This document shows, in pieces, positions 11,684 to 23,576 of a DNA stretch of 64,000 nt; the stretch's first letter is position 1, and every line of letters starts with the position of its first letter. Location of the stretch: positions 1-64,000 of the forward strand of contig NW_015170393.1 of assembly GCF_001447785.1 (NCBI RefSeq). Direction: 5' to 3'. This DNA comes from Gekko japonicus (taxonomy: Eukaryota). Below the pieces are notes generated by a model. The model had not been told where the DNA came from and searched no databases. It was given only the letters and a program-made list of their open reading frames with translations. A program made the position numbers and the translations under genes.

Positions 11684-12628
11684 TTAGGAAAACTCAAGAG
11701 ATTTCTTTTGTATGAATTTCTGCAATGCTTCTTTGACTTCATTGTTCCGGATGGTGTATATGAAAGGGTTGAGCACTGGGGTGACCACCGTGTTGAGCAT
11801 GGAGACAGCTTTGTTGAGGCTGAAAGACGAGTGCATGGCACTAGGTCTTAAGTAGATGAAAAGCACTGCCCCGTACAAGATGCTGACCACAGTCAGATGA
11901 GAGGCACAGGTGGAGAAGGCCCTCCGCCGGCCACTGCTAGAAGGGATGCGGAGAATGGTGGAGATGATGAAGATGTAAGACACCACGGTCAAAAGCAGAG
12001 AGGTCAATATCACCGCCACGGCAATGAAGAAGCCAATGGCTTCGATCAGATGTGTGTCGCCCCCTGCAATCTTCAACATCGGTCCTATGTCACAGTAGAA
12101 ATGGTTGACAACGTTGGAGCCACAGTAGGGGAGCCTCACCACTAATATCGTCTGCAAAAGGATGGTGAAAAAGCCCCCAAACCAGGTGGCCAGGGCAAGC
12201 TGAAGGCAGACGCTGGAGGTCATGATGCTGGAATATCTCAGTGGCTGACAGATTGCGACATACCTGTCGAAGGACATGACAGTCAGGATGTAAAACTCTG
12301 TGATGCCAAAGAGGAAGTGGAAGTAGGACTGTGCCATGCAGCAGTAGAAGCAGATGGTAGTCTTCTCTGAGACAAGGTTGGCCAGCATCTTGGGGACAAC
12401 AGCAGTGGTATACCACATCTCAAGGAAAGAGAGGTTGCTAAGGAAGAAATACATTGGCTTCTGGAGTCGGTGATCAACTCTCACCAGGACAATGATGAGA
12501 CCATTCCCTGCAATTGACAGCACATAGAGTAGGAGGACAATGGCAAATAAAAGTATATTTATTCCCCACACATGAGGGAATCCCAGAAGTATGAATTCTT
12601 TTGCCCTTGAACAATTAGTCAAATCCAT
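11684..12628 (-). CDS. Olfactory receptor, family 6, OR6X1-like (paralogue 1), intact 314 aa
   Basis: Single-exon 7TM ORF with OR motifs GN (TM1), LQKPMYFFLSNLS, MSFDRYVAICQPLRY, HFYCD, AFSTCASHL, PVLNPFIYTIRN and an N-glycosylation sequon NCS. ICFYCC, FHFLFG and YGAVLFIYLRPS..HSSF match OR6X1 as I recall it. Confidence 0.96.
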   Translation of the reverse strand: MDLTNCSRAKEFILLGFPHVWGINILLFAIVLLLYVLSIAGNGLIIVLVRVDHRLQKPMYFFLSNLSFLEMWYTTAVVPKMLANLVSEKTTICFYCCMAQSYFHFLFGITEFYILTVMSFDRYVAICQPLRYSSIMTSSVCLQLALATWFGGFFTILLQTILVVRLPYCGSNVVNHFYCDIGPMLKIAGGDTHLIEAIGFFIAVAVILTSLLLTVVSYIFIISTILRIPSSSGRRRAFSTCASHLTVVSILYGAVLFIYLRPSAMHSSFSLNKAVSMLNTVVTPVLNPFIYTIRNNEVKEALQKFIQKKSLEFS

Positions 12629-14724
12629 AACTTAGAAACTGCCAGATTTGGGGTGGGTGGGTCAGAGGTTCACTTGCACAGATACTTATCTTATATGACA
12701 CTGTTGATGGATGATGCATTTATTCAGTTCTGTATTCTTCCCTATAAAAAGGTGTGTGGTGGGGGACTTCTTATAACATTTGTATCTCCACTCTGCAGAG
12801 AGGAAAACCAGTGGGGGGACGATTTCTGGAATTCAGACGGTTCCATAGACAAAATGTGAACGGTGTCATTTTCCAAGACATTGGCTGTGATTCTACACAC
12901 TCGTACATGGGAGTAAGTCCTGTTGAAGGCAGCATTAATTATTTCTTAGTAGACTTGCTCAGAATCACTCTGTTTTTGCATTTACAGATGATGGTGGGAT
13001 CATAAACATTATATCAGCCTCTATGTAGCTGAGTTTAATCAATCCAATTCATTTATTACCATCCAAGTTCAGTCAACTCATAGCTGAATATAAATGCATG
13101 CTTTCATTGGCTGCACAGGACAAAAGAATATAGGACAATGGATGAAAACACAGATGTAAGCAATGAGAAAATCAGAGAAAGCAGGAGAGAGATGACTGGT
13201 GACAAGATGAAGAAGGAAAAGGGGGGATGTATAGAAACTGAGAAGTATGTTATTTGCACCCTTAAAAATTCATACATACAACAGACAATATAAACCCTAA
13301 CAAATGAGTAAATGAATAGAGTGGGATGGCAGGACAAAAGAAACTGCCAAGTAAAATAAAAATAATAATAAGCTTTAAAAACAATGGACAGTACAATGTA
13401 TGTTATAATCTTCATCTACTTTCATATTTAGACAGGCGGGGAGACAGATATTTCTAAAAACAACACCACAGAGGTGCTGCTTTCACTTCTAGGCACCTGT
13501 TCCGAGGGGGGGGGGGTTGATGTGAAACAGGACAACAGGATTGATATTCCTTCCTATGAAATGTTCATTTCTGAAGAGAGAGAAAAAGATTTTATGCTTC
13601 AAGTGCCAAAATGGTATGAGCTTTCAAAGACCCCTCATGTTCTAATTGATAGAACACCTAGAAATATCTAATTGATATTTTCTTCCTCAGTCCTGGAACC
13701 ATCATTCTGGTTGGGAAACTTCCCATTTCTCCATGAAAATCCAACAGCTTTCTCTCTCCTTTCTCATCAATATCTCACCAGTCCCACTTCTTATAAATAG
13801 ATCTTCTTCTTCCTTTAACTACCCAAATAAATTATAAATTATAATAACGTTCATTCATCCAGCCAAACGTAGCTTAGAAATTTGCACTCCTCTTTCCTGC
13901 AAAGAAGGTCTTCCAGAATCAAGTGGAGATGTGCAACATATTAGAGAATGGGTTTATCTGCCTTGATTATTCTTTTGCCTGCACTATTTAAAGTCACTGT
14001 TCCAAATTATGAAGCATAAATTGAGAAGGCATCAAGATAACTTCGACAGAACTAGAGAGATCTTCTCCCCAAGGATTTCCCATTTGCAACATCCCCAAGC
14101 TATGTCAAGAAACAGGCTATTTTTAATCAGGCTAATTCAAAAGTTTGCATTTTCATTGGGGGGGTGTTCATGGGATTTGATGGAGATTGTGACAGAGGGA
14201 GGGGCTGTGGCTCAGTGGTAGAGCATGCAGAAAATCCCAGGTTCAATCCCTGGCATCTCCAGTTAATAGATCTGACAGTAGGTTATGTGAAAGAAGAAGA
14301 GATTGGATTTATGCCCTGCCCTTCACTACCCAAAGGTGTCTCAGAGCGGCTTACAAACTCCTTTCCCTTCCCCTCCCCACAACAGACACCCTGTGAGGTA
14401 GGTGGGGCTGAGAGAGCTCTGACAGAAACAGCTCTTTTTCAAGAACAGCTCTTATCAGAACTACGGCTTGCCCAAGGTCATCCAGCCAGGTGCAAGTAGA
14501 AGAGTGGGGAATCAAACCCGGTTCTCCCAGATTACAGTCCGCGCACTTAACCATGACACCAAACAGGCTCTACTGGAGTTCCAGGAAAGCCACTGCCAGT
14601 CTGAGTAGACAATACTGACCTTGATGGGCCAAGGGTCTGATTCAGTATAAGGCAGTTTCATGCAAGGTTCTTTTGCTGCTGTGATCAAAACCCGGGCTGC
14701 CTGCAGCTCCTTCCTGCTGGACTG

Positions 14725-15990
14725 CATTTTGTCCTTACCATACAGACCAGAAGGTGGCAGGCTTCCAGCTATGTAGTCAGAGGCTGTTTTGGTTTGCTTA
14801 ACTCAGCCCTGCAAGGGCTCCCTGCAAAAAAGTAAAAAATAAAAATGGCAAAGGGTATTTTCTTCCCATGTAAACCAGGCTCATCCACACTAGGACAATA
14901 GTCCAATGGGAATTGGTCGAAGTTCCTATTGCGCACTCACAGTCCTTAAGAATCCATTGCCCAAGCATGCCAATCTTCCTCCTCTATATCTATGAGTAAC
15001 ATTTTTCTGGCATCAAAAGTAGCAGAACTGCTCCACCCACCAATAACCCAGGAATTTTTATCAGTCAAGGGTGGTATTTCCAAATTGTTCCCTCTCCCAT
15101 GGTTCCTTGCAAGGAATGTAGAATGTAAATTACAGATGGGTTTCTCTACCAAGTGATTTATTTTTCCTGTGCCTTCCTTGTTATTCCCTGGGTCATGCAT
15201 TCCTTTCTGTGAACGAGATCGCAAGCTTATCGGCAAGATTAGCAGGTGGTGGATGGGAGCGCTTAGCTTTGACTATAATGAGCTTGACCGTGTGAAGCAT
15301 CCTTGTTTACCTTCACACGGAGCCGTTTCTTCTCAGGCTTTTGGGCGCGCAGCTGAGTCTCTACCCGCCTGGCGGAAACCATGTACATTGGTTAAGGCCC
15401 GATTCGAATGCCTTGCTTGCCCTGACCCAGGTATTCTAACAGTGCGTTTGTTCCTGTTCTAACACATGGCTTTGAATAAATACTACTTTCTTTGAAACGT
15501 GTACGGACTTCATTGCTTTGGGAAGGGAGACTGGACACCTGCTTGACTTCATTTTGTCCTTACCATACAGACCAGAAGGTGGCAGGCTTCCATCTATGTA
15601 GTCAGAGGCTGTTTTGGTTTGCTTAACTCAGCCCTGCAACGGCTCCCTGCAAAAAAGTAAAAAATAAAAATGGCAAAGGGTATTTTCTTCCCATGTAAAC
15701 CAGGCTCATCCACACTAGGACAATAGTCCAATGGGAATTGGTCGAAGTTCCTATTGCGCACTCACAGTCCTTAAGAATCCATTGCCCAAGCATGCCAATC
15801 TTCCTCCTCTATATCTATGAGTAACATTTTTCTGGCATCAAAAGTAGCAGAACTGCTCCACCCACCAATAACCCAGGAATTTTTATCAGTCAAGGGTGGT
15901 ATTTCCAAATTGTTCCCTCTCCCATGGTTCCTTGCAAGGAATGTAGAATGTAAATTACAGATGGGTTTCTCTACCAAGTGATTTATTTTC
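14725..15990 (+). repeat. ~440-bp direct duplication (14725-15166 and 15550-15990) flanking an LTR-like segment
   Basis: Near-identical copies, with 2 substitutions and a 1-nt T-run difference seen. Confidence 0.92.
15167..15551 (+). mobile_element. LTR-like segment (probable solo or partial LTR)
   Basis: CpG-rich, TATAA at about 15274, AATAAA at 15475, ends ...GACTTCA. No short TSD found. Confidence 0.55.
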
Positions 15991-16061
15991 ATGTACACGT
16001 TATTCTCGAAGGAAGTCACTGACTGACGACACGCCCAAAAGGCAATGGTCACCACTTGTTA

Positions 16062-16255
16062 TGGTGGGAAGGGGTGTCGAATTGCAGTTGACTTATGACA
16101 ATCCTGTAGGGTTTTCAAGACAAGAGATGAACAGAGGTGGGTTGCCATAACCCTGGAATTCCTTGGTGGTCTCCCATCCAAGTAGAACCAGGGCCCACCG
16201 TCCTTAGGTTCTGAAATTTGGTGCCATTGGGTTAGCCTGGGCCATCTGGGTCACC
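16062..16255 (-). mobile_element. 5S rRNA-derived SINE (SINE3-type) with RTE-like tail. Copies at 24711-24948, 28475-28672, 31615-31855, 34497-34710, 39345-40155, 40548-41172, 49660-49810, 50855-50995
   Basis: The minus strand matches the 5S internal control region (GGAAGCTAAGCAGGGTCGG..CTGGTTAGTACTTGGATGGGAGACC), followed by a non-5S body. Confidence 0.8.
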
Positions 16256-17169
16256 ACTTGCTATCTCTCCCTATTGCCTCAGACCCCAAGGCACCCTCTT
16301 TTCCCTCACTATGGACCTCTACTGGGTCTCTCAGTACTGCTATCAGAGAGTTGTTCAGAATGACTATTTTCACTCTTTAGAAGCCCTACATATCCCTGGA
16401 CTCAGAGGGCTGCCTAATGGACATCGCTGCATTTGTGATGTTTTCCTCACATTTATTATTTATTTATTTATTTCATCACATTTCTATACCGCTCCTTCCC
16501 GGAGGCTCGGAGCGGTGTACACATATACATTAATCATCTAACTAGGGCCACATATATTTTCAGGGGAGATGGGTGCCTTACCAGGCACCTAAGCAGCGTA
16601 GGTTTTTTTGTCTGTGACGGGTCTCGCTGAAACCAGATGGCAGTGTTGTTCGGCGTAGGTCTTTTTCTTTGGCTCGGCTCCCCTGGGGCGGTCCTCTCTG
16701 GTGCGCGGCTGCCCAATGAGTTCCACTGGTCTCTGTTCCGCAAGGCTCCGACCGCACTTACGTCACCACGCCTCTGTGTTGCCTGGGCCACGCTTCCATG
16801 AGTCGCCTGCCGTCTGCCGCCGAACCGCCTGATCCGTCGCCATGTTCTTACTGCCAGCTCGCCGCTTGTTGTTCGCTGCATCGCCCAGCCGCCACTGCTG
16901 CCCTCCAATATTGGAGGTAGGGTGCCCCCCACTCCTAAGGAGTGGGTACCCATTTGTCTACTTGCCATTAGGGCTTTCGAGCTGCTGGGTGGGTGGGAGC
17001 TAAGACATGGGCCGGGAGCTCACATTGGGTGGCCCTGCCCACTTCACCTCCTGCCTCAGGGGAATGGGGCTTAGGGTTGTAAGGTCTTACTAGTGTCCCA
17101 GTGGGGGCTCCAGCTTCGCTGCTGGGGTCTTCTGGTCAACATAGAATTTTTACCCAAATGCTAGAGTGT

Positions 17170-17492
17170 CCCCTGCATGACATTGGGTCTGTGTGTGACT
17201 GCAATAAAAAAGGCCAATGCTAAGCTATGCTATGCTGGGGATTATTAGGAAGGGTATTGAAAACAGTTCAGCCAATATCATAATGCCCCTATATAAATCG
17301 ATGGTGCGACCTCGTTTGGAATACTGTGTGCAGTTCTGGTCACCACACCTTAATAAGGATATTATAGCTTTGGAAAAAGTGCAGAAAAGGGCAACTCGAA
17401 TGATAAAAGGGTTGAAACACTTTCCCTATGAGGAAAGGTTAAAGCACTTAGGGCTCTTTAGCTTGGAGAAACAATGACTGAGGGGTGACATG
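17170..17492 (+). mobile_element. CR1 LINE ORF2 fragment ending at an assembly gap
   Basis: PLYKSMVRPRLEYCVQFWSPHL..DI..LEKVQKRATRMIKGL...YEERLKHLGLFSLEK is typical of the CR1 RT C-terminus. Confidence 0.92.
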
Positions 17493-19614
17493 NNNNNNNN
17501 NNNNNNNNNNNNNNNNNNNNNNNNNNNNNNNNNNNNNNNNNNNNNNNNNNNNNNNNNNNNNNNNNNNNNNNNNNNNNNNNNNNNNNNNNNNNNNNNNNNN
17601 NNNNNNNNNNNNNNNNNNNNNNNNNNNNNNNNNNNNNNNNNNNNNNNNNNNNNNNNNNNNAGTCAATCCCTTAGTTTCTGTGCAGAGGAGATAGATAACG
17701 TCTTGTTTGCTGCGTACCAGTTAGAAGAAGGGGTTTTGATCATGCAGAGAGAAGAAAGCAAGTGAGGGTAAGGCATTCCTCTAAAATATGGCGTGTCCTC
17801 TTACTGTGATCTTGCCTCTTTGCACGACTCCTTTGCACGACTTCGCAGCCTGAGTCTCTAGACCAAATTTTGATAAAAGGACAATCGGTAGCAAAGTTGG
17901 ATCAAGACGAATATGATAATCCAAATGGGCACTTGGAGAGATATTGGGGAGTCCTTGAAAGAAGTAGCTGAAAGTTTATTGTACAGGAAAAAATGTTACT
18001 GAACTGTGACTTGAATATATTAAAATAATTTCAGAGGGAAGCCTTGTTGGTCCGTAACACAGCAGCAAGATTCAAGTCCAGTATAACCTTAGAGACCAAC
18101 AAAATTTTCAGGGTATCAGCTTTTGAGAGTCAAAGCTCCAAGGAGATTTGACACGCAAAAGCGTATCGTTCAAAAATCTTGTTGATCTCTAAGGTCCTAC
18201 TGGAATCGAATCTACCGGATAAATTTTTTTTTTTAAATATCAGTTCAGAATTGCACTCAATTTAAATTTTCATTCCAGGCTGCTTTGGAAGGTACTCTCA
18301 GACACAACATGTGGATTTATTTTTGAACTTCCATAATCTCCTGTTGGTAAATGAATCTAAAGTCACTTTCAGCCATGGTTATTTCCTTAGACATAATGTC
18401 AATCATCTTGTCTTGATGTACGCTGCTTCCCCAGTTCAGATGCCTAGAACTGAAATTCCCATATCAAAGTGGGTGGACACTTCTTTTAATGTTCCAGTTT
18501 TCTTCCTTTTACCTTATCCATTAGTACTGACTGAGAAGGAAGAAAAGATGATGCCAAAAAACCTGAACTTTCCCCAACTTATCTATCTACTTACCTATCC
18601 TCATACAGCTTTCCTGCCTGTTGCTTTCTATTTTGATACACCATATTTAACATATTAATTAATTTGATTCATTTATACCACACCTCTTCCCTCAATACTG
18701 ACCCAAGGTGGCTCGTATCATTCTAGTCTCCTCTATTTTTCTTCACAATAACCCTTTGAGTTAGGTTAGACTGAGAGAATGTGACTGTCCCAGGGTCACC
18801 CAGAGAGCTAACATGGTCTGAGTGAGGATTCGAACCTGCCTGTCCCAGATGTCTCTTATCCACCACACCACACTGGTTCTCAATCCCTTCTGTCAAAACA
18901 GTTTCCCTTGTCCATCCAAATTCTGTCCTTCCAGTAGACCATTCCTGTCCTTCTCTTTCCATCCACTCATCTGTGTCTCTGTTCACCTCCAGGAAATGTG
19001 TCAGCCAAGGTACAGCTATCTTATTCATCCACATTAACTCTTCATTCTTCTTTAAGGTTAATTCATTTCTCTCTCCCTTTCATTCATTCCATTCCTCTCT
19101 CAGATCACACAGTGCTTTTCTCTCTCTCTGTCTGTCTTAATTGTCTACATGCATGCTTGTAGTTCTAGAATGAAGCTGGACAACCACATGTGGAATTGCA
19201 TCAGTCTCCAATTGATGTGGAGTGGCATCAGTCTCCAAGCACAGATTGGTGTGCATTGGTGTATGTGCGCATAGACAGTTCCTGAAATTACATAGACCTT
19301 AATTTTTTTGTTCAGTGATTACAATCACAGTTCCAAGTTCCAGCCTTGGAATTCTTGAGTGAGTGGTCTTCAGAAATTAATTTCCCCTCCCTCACAGGGG
19401 AGACAAATTGTATGCTACATGTTGTAAAATCACTTCCAACTCACACAGACCCTATGCATTAATGACCTCCAAAATGTCCTATCATTAGCGACCTTGCTCA
19501 ACTCTCTCAAGCTGAAGGAGGCAAATTGCATAAGGATGGTTTCCTTTCTGCTCTGTAATTTTAGGCTACAGTAGAATATACACCTAGATTAATAGTTTAT
19601 CCATATCTTTTTTT

Positions 19615-21310
19615 ACAATAACTTTTTATTGATTTTCTACAAGACTATAACAATGTAAAAAAATTAACATGTGAGAGCATATAGACAGATTTAAGTACAA
19701 TGTCAGCTTAACAATGTTAATTGGAATTTCCAAAATAAAAATATAATTATCTTGTGCATTTGCATATTAGTAAAACAATCTTTAATCAATTCGTTCAAAC
19801 CCCTCACCATAAAGTGATTGTAATCTGTTTGAGATGTAACAATAAATGTTTATAACTATTACAATTGTTATCCTGTCTCTTACCACAATTGCAGAGCATC
19901 AATCTCTTTGGGAGTGTCCTCAAATTGTTTTAGATATTCTAAGATAGGTAACCAAGTGGTGATAAAGGAGGAAGGAGCCTGAAATCTATCAAATCTTGCA
20001 AGGTTATCCGAGAGTTTCGCCATAATATATAACCCCCACAACTTTCTATGCCACTGTGAAAGTGTGGATGTCATTGTCATTTTCCAGTGGAAGGCAATGA
20101 CCGATTTTGCTGCAAAAAGCAATATGGAGACCCGTTCCACCACTGAAGGAGCAGAGCCATGAACTACCCAACTGTTCAAAAACAAATGTTCTGGGATAGG
20201 CAAAATATCTATGATATGGAAAGATTTTATCTGTTTCAGAATCAACTCCCAGAAAGGTAATATTTTGGGGCATGTTACCCTTTTGTCATGTGAGCCAGTT
20301 TATTGGGGGTGAGGTACCAATGAGCTAGTATCTTAAACGCTTGGAGCTTCATCGTGGTGACCTCCGTTTTAAACGGTGGGGAGGACCAAATTTTATGCCA
20401 AACTTCTTCTGATAGCTCTGTATTACATTCTTTGTGCCATAGAGATTGATAGGAGAGTTGAACTATGTTATCTAATGAGTTCAATATCGTGTATATTTTA
20501 GAAACCAACCCTTTCACCGTTACCTTCGCTATTCTAATTACAGCCTCAAGTACTGTGGGAGATTGTTTCATTACTTGATCTAATTTGAGGTGAGTATATA
20601 AGTTGGATATTTGGAAGTACTGGAACCACCAATGAGCTAGTATCTTAAACACTTGGAGCTTCATCGTGGTGACCTCCGTTTTAAACGGTGGGGAGGACCA
20701 AATTTTATTCCAAACTTCTTCTGATAGCTCTGTATTACATTCTTTGTGCCATAGAGATTGATAGGAGAGTTGAACTATGTTATCTAATGAGTTCAATATC
20801 GTGTATATTTTAGAAACCAACCCTTTCACCGTTACCTTCGCTATTCTAATTACAGCCTCAAGTACTGTGGGAGATTGTTTCATTACTTGATCTAATTTGA
20901 GGTGAGTATATAAGTTGGATATTTGGAAGTACTGGAACCATGGTATGACATGTTTTATTTTAGCTTCCAGGTAGTTTTTTGACAGAAGGTTGTGTTTATG
21001 TGTAAGGTCCTGTAAAGTAGTGATATTAGCCTCCTTCCATTTAATAAAATCTGGATTACTGAGTCCTGGAAGGAACCACGTTTGATTCAGGAAAGATTGA
21101 TGTCTTGATATTGGAGGTAAAGGTTTTGACCTCAGTCGGTCCCAAGTATTTAGAATTGTTAAAACTACCGGGTTTGTTTTAATCATCTTTGGCCTATAAG
21201 ATGGCTTTTGCCATATACATTTTTGTATTTCGAAGGGAGTTGCATAGTTGTTTGCTAACTGTTTCTGGTCTGAGTTAGGGTCGGCATTCAGCAATTTGAT
21301 CGTGTGAGTT
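19615..21310 (-). mobile_element. 5'-truncated L1 with an internal 312-bp tandem duplication
   Basis: L1 ORF2-like translation (HWYLTPNKLAHM...), 3'UTR with AATAAA/polyA, TSD CCATATCTTTTTTT at 19601-19614 and 21311-21324. Confidence 0.85.
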
Positions 21311-21352
21311 CCATATCTTTTTTTTTTCTTACAGCGCTATAGAAATAGAGTT

Positions 21353-22291
21353 ATGGATTCAGTCAATTGTTCAAGGGTGGAAAATTTCATACTTCTTGGT
21401 TTCCCGCATGTTTGGGGAATCAATGTCAGTTTCTTTGTGGTCGTCCTCATGCTATACATGTTGTCCATCACAGGGAATGGTCTCATTGTACTCATTGTGA
21501 GAATCAACAACCACCTCCAGAAACCAATGTATTTCTTCCTTAGCAACCTCTCTTTCCTTGAGATGTGGTACACCACCACTGTTGTCCCCAAAATGTTGGC
21601 CAATCTCCTCTTCTCAAAGACTACCATCTGCTTCTACTGCTGCATGGCACAGCTTTACTTCCACTTCTTCTTTGGCGTGACAGAGTTTTTCATCCTGACT
21701 GTCATGTCTTTTGATAGGTACTTGGCAATCTGCAATCCACTGAGATATACCACCATCATGACCTCTGGTGTTTGCCTACAGCTTTCCCTGGCTGCCTGGT
21801 CTGGGGGCTTTTTCTCCATCCTTTTTCAAATAATAATGGTTCTAAAGCTCCCCTTCTGCAGTTCCAATATTGTCAACCATTTTTACTGTGACATAGGACC
21901 ACTGTTGACTGTTTCAGGTGGGGACACACATTTGATCGAAGCCTTTAATTTTCTGATTGCTGTGGCTGTAATTGTGACATCTCTACTTCTGACAGTCATC
22001 TCTTACATCTTCATCATCTCCACCATTCTCCGCATCCCTTCAACTAGTGGGCAGAAGAAGGCCTTCTCCACCTGTGTCTCTCACCTGACTGTGGTTAGCA
22101 TCTTGTATGGGGCAGTCCTTTTTGTCTACTTAAGACCCAGTGCTTCAAAGTCAACTTTCAGCCACAACAAAGACATCTCTGTGCTCAACATTGTGGTCAC
22201 CCCAGTGCTCAACCCTTTCATATACACCATCAGGAACAATGAAGTCAAAGCAGCTTTGTGGAAACTCTTCCAAAGGAAGGCCTTGGCTTAG
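21353..22291 (+). CDS. Olfactory receptor, family 6, OR6X1-like (paralogue 2), intact 312 aa
   Basis: Same OR motifs and closely similar to 11684-12628. Pyrimidine tract plus CTTACAG acceptor (AG at 21333-21334) just upstream of the ATG. Confidence 0.96.
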   Translation: MDSVNCSRVENFILLGFPHVWGINVSFFVVVLMLYMLSITGNGLIVLIVRINNHLQKPMYFFLSNLSFLEMWYTTTVVPKMLANLLFSKTTICFYCCMAQLYFHFFFGVTEFFILTVMSFDRYLAICNPLRYTTIMTSGVCLQLSLAAWSGGFFSILFQIIMVLKLPFCSSNIVNHFYCDIGPLLTVSGGDTHLIEAFNFLIAVAVIVTSLLLTVISYIFIISTILRIPSTSGQKKAFSTCVSHLTVVSILYGAVLFVYLRPSASKSTFSHNKDISVLNIVVTPVLNPFIYTIRNNEVKAALWKLFQRKALA

Positions 22292-22544
22292 GGAAATGAA
22301 TGATCATTGGTTTACACTGCCAGCATTTGCCGAGCCGCATCATATTGGCCCAGTCTGATATCTCAAACTATAAAACTGCCACACTTTCCCCAGCTTTAAA
22401 TTCAGTACAAGTCCTTATTCAGAATTGCAGGATTCAAAACCACATTCCTATTGATAAGGGTGTATAGGCCAATCTATTCACCTGCGTATACAAAAGAAAA
22501 CAGTTCTTATTGCATTCAGAGGTTTTTTTATTTAATTTTTTTTG

Positions 22545-23010
22545 CATCCCCAGAGGGATATTTTTTTTATAAGACTACAAAACTACAAAGAAAATATAAG
22601 GGAGGGGGCTAACATCTAAGGATAAAGGATAGATAACCACACTACACTAAAAACCCAAGAGGAGGAGATCATATACATGTTAATTTAAATGTTAGTAATA
22701 AAAGTGTTAATATAACAATATACTTGTAGAGTTCTTGTTTATCTCGGCTTCAATGTTAGTATGTTAGTTGTGTGTGAGGACTTTCTGAGCATCTTTGTGT
22801 TAGTTGCTTCAAAAGGCAATTTTCAGAGTCTTTCTGCCTTTACTTTGGTTTTCTATCTCTAAAATCATATATAATTTTTGTTAAAAAAAACCCTTTTTTG
22901 ATAGTGTTCCTATTTATTGAGATTGTGGGCACATTATGGTTTTTTTGGAATCTTGTAATTACAACCATTTTTTTCACATTTTTGTAATTCTCAAATTATA
23001 TTTTGCACCT
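22545..23010 (-). mobile_element. Degraded L1-like 3' end
   Basis: T-run followed by sequence with L1 3'UTR/ORF2-end composition; weak support. Confidence 0.45.
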
Positions 23011-23202
23011 TCAATATTCCTCCTATAACCTTGCTAGAATTACTGTCAGAACTCTGGTGCTCAGTACCCCCTTTTTTCTGTTATTCAGAGGTTTCCTATA
23101 CACACACACACACACCGGTAATTCAGGCCTCCTCACATCGCCATAGATGATGGTCTCTTTTTGCCTATTTCTCATTGCCAAAGATGAGGGGGTACTTCAG
23201 AT

Positions 23203-23576
23203 TGTCAGAGTCCTGCAGCAATCAGTTCTCAACAACATTCCTTCAGAAGGTTCAAGTTTATTGAGTACAGTAAAGGCAGGTCATCTGTGCATACATTCTG
23301 TGTCAGAACTGATTGCAAGCACGCAAAATGGGGACTTATATGCAATTCAAAGGGGACTCCCTGATGGGTCTGACCCAATCAGGGAATAAGCTAAAGCCCA
23401 CCTAAGCTAATGGGTTTGCATTCCCAGCGAAAGCAGCAGCAAGGTATCAAGGTCACTGGCCTAAGCTAGCAGATAAGACGAGACAGGAAGAAACAAAAGT
23501 TAAGATTACATTACAGCAACAGACCATCTATCAGCTTCCCCCCCTTCCACCAGCTATGACAGCGGGCTAGCTGACA
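23203..23576 (-). mobile_element. Solo LTR (374 bp)
   Basis: TGTCAG...CTGACA termini, perfect 5-bp TSD CAGAT, and minus-strand CCAAT-box, ATATAA and AATAAA in U3-R-U5 order. Confidence 0.85.

Noticed and set aside
11897-12477. Overlapping and antisense ORFs within OR genes (also 21337, 51250, 59012-59918)
   Set aside because: Shadow frames of the OR coding sequences with no independent support.
14946-16055. Duplicated ~95-aa ORFs, or a pair of LTRs
   Set aside because: The ORFs simply lie in the 440-bp duplicated host sequence. Those repeats lack TG..CA ends, PBS and PPT; the LTR-like features are in the spacer instead.
16062-16255. 5S rRNA genes
   Set aside because: Only the internal 5S region matches, it is diverged, and it is fused to a SINE body. 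These are SINE3-type copies.
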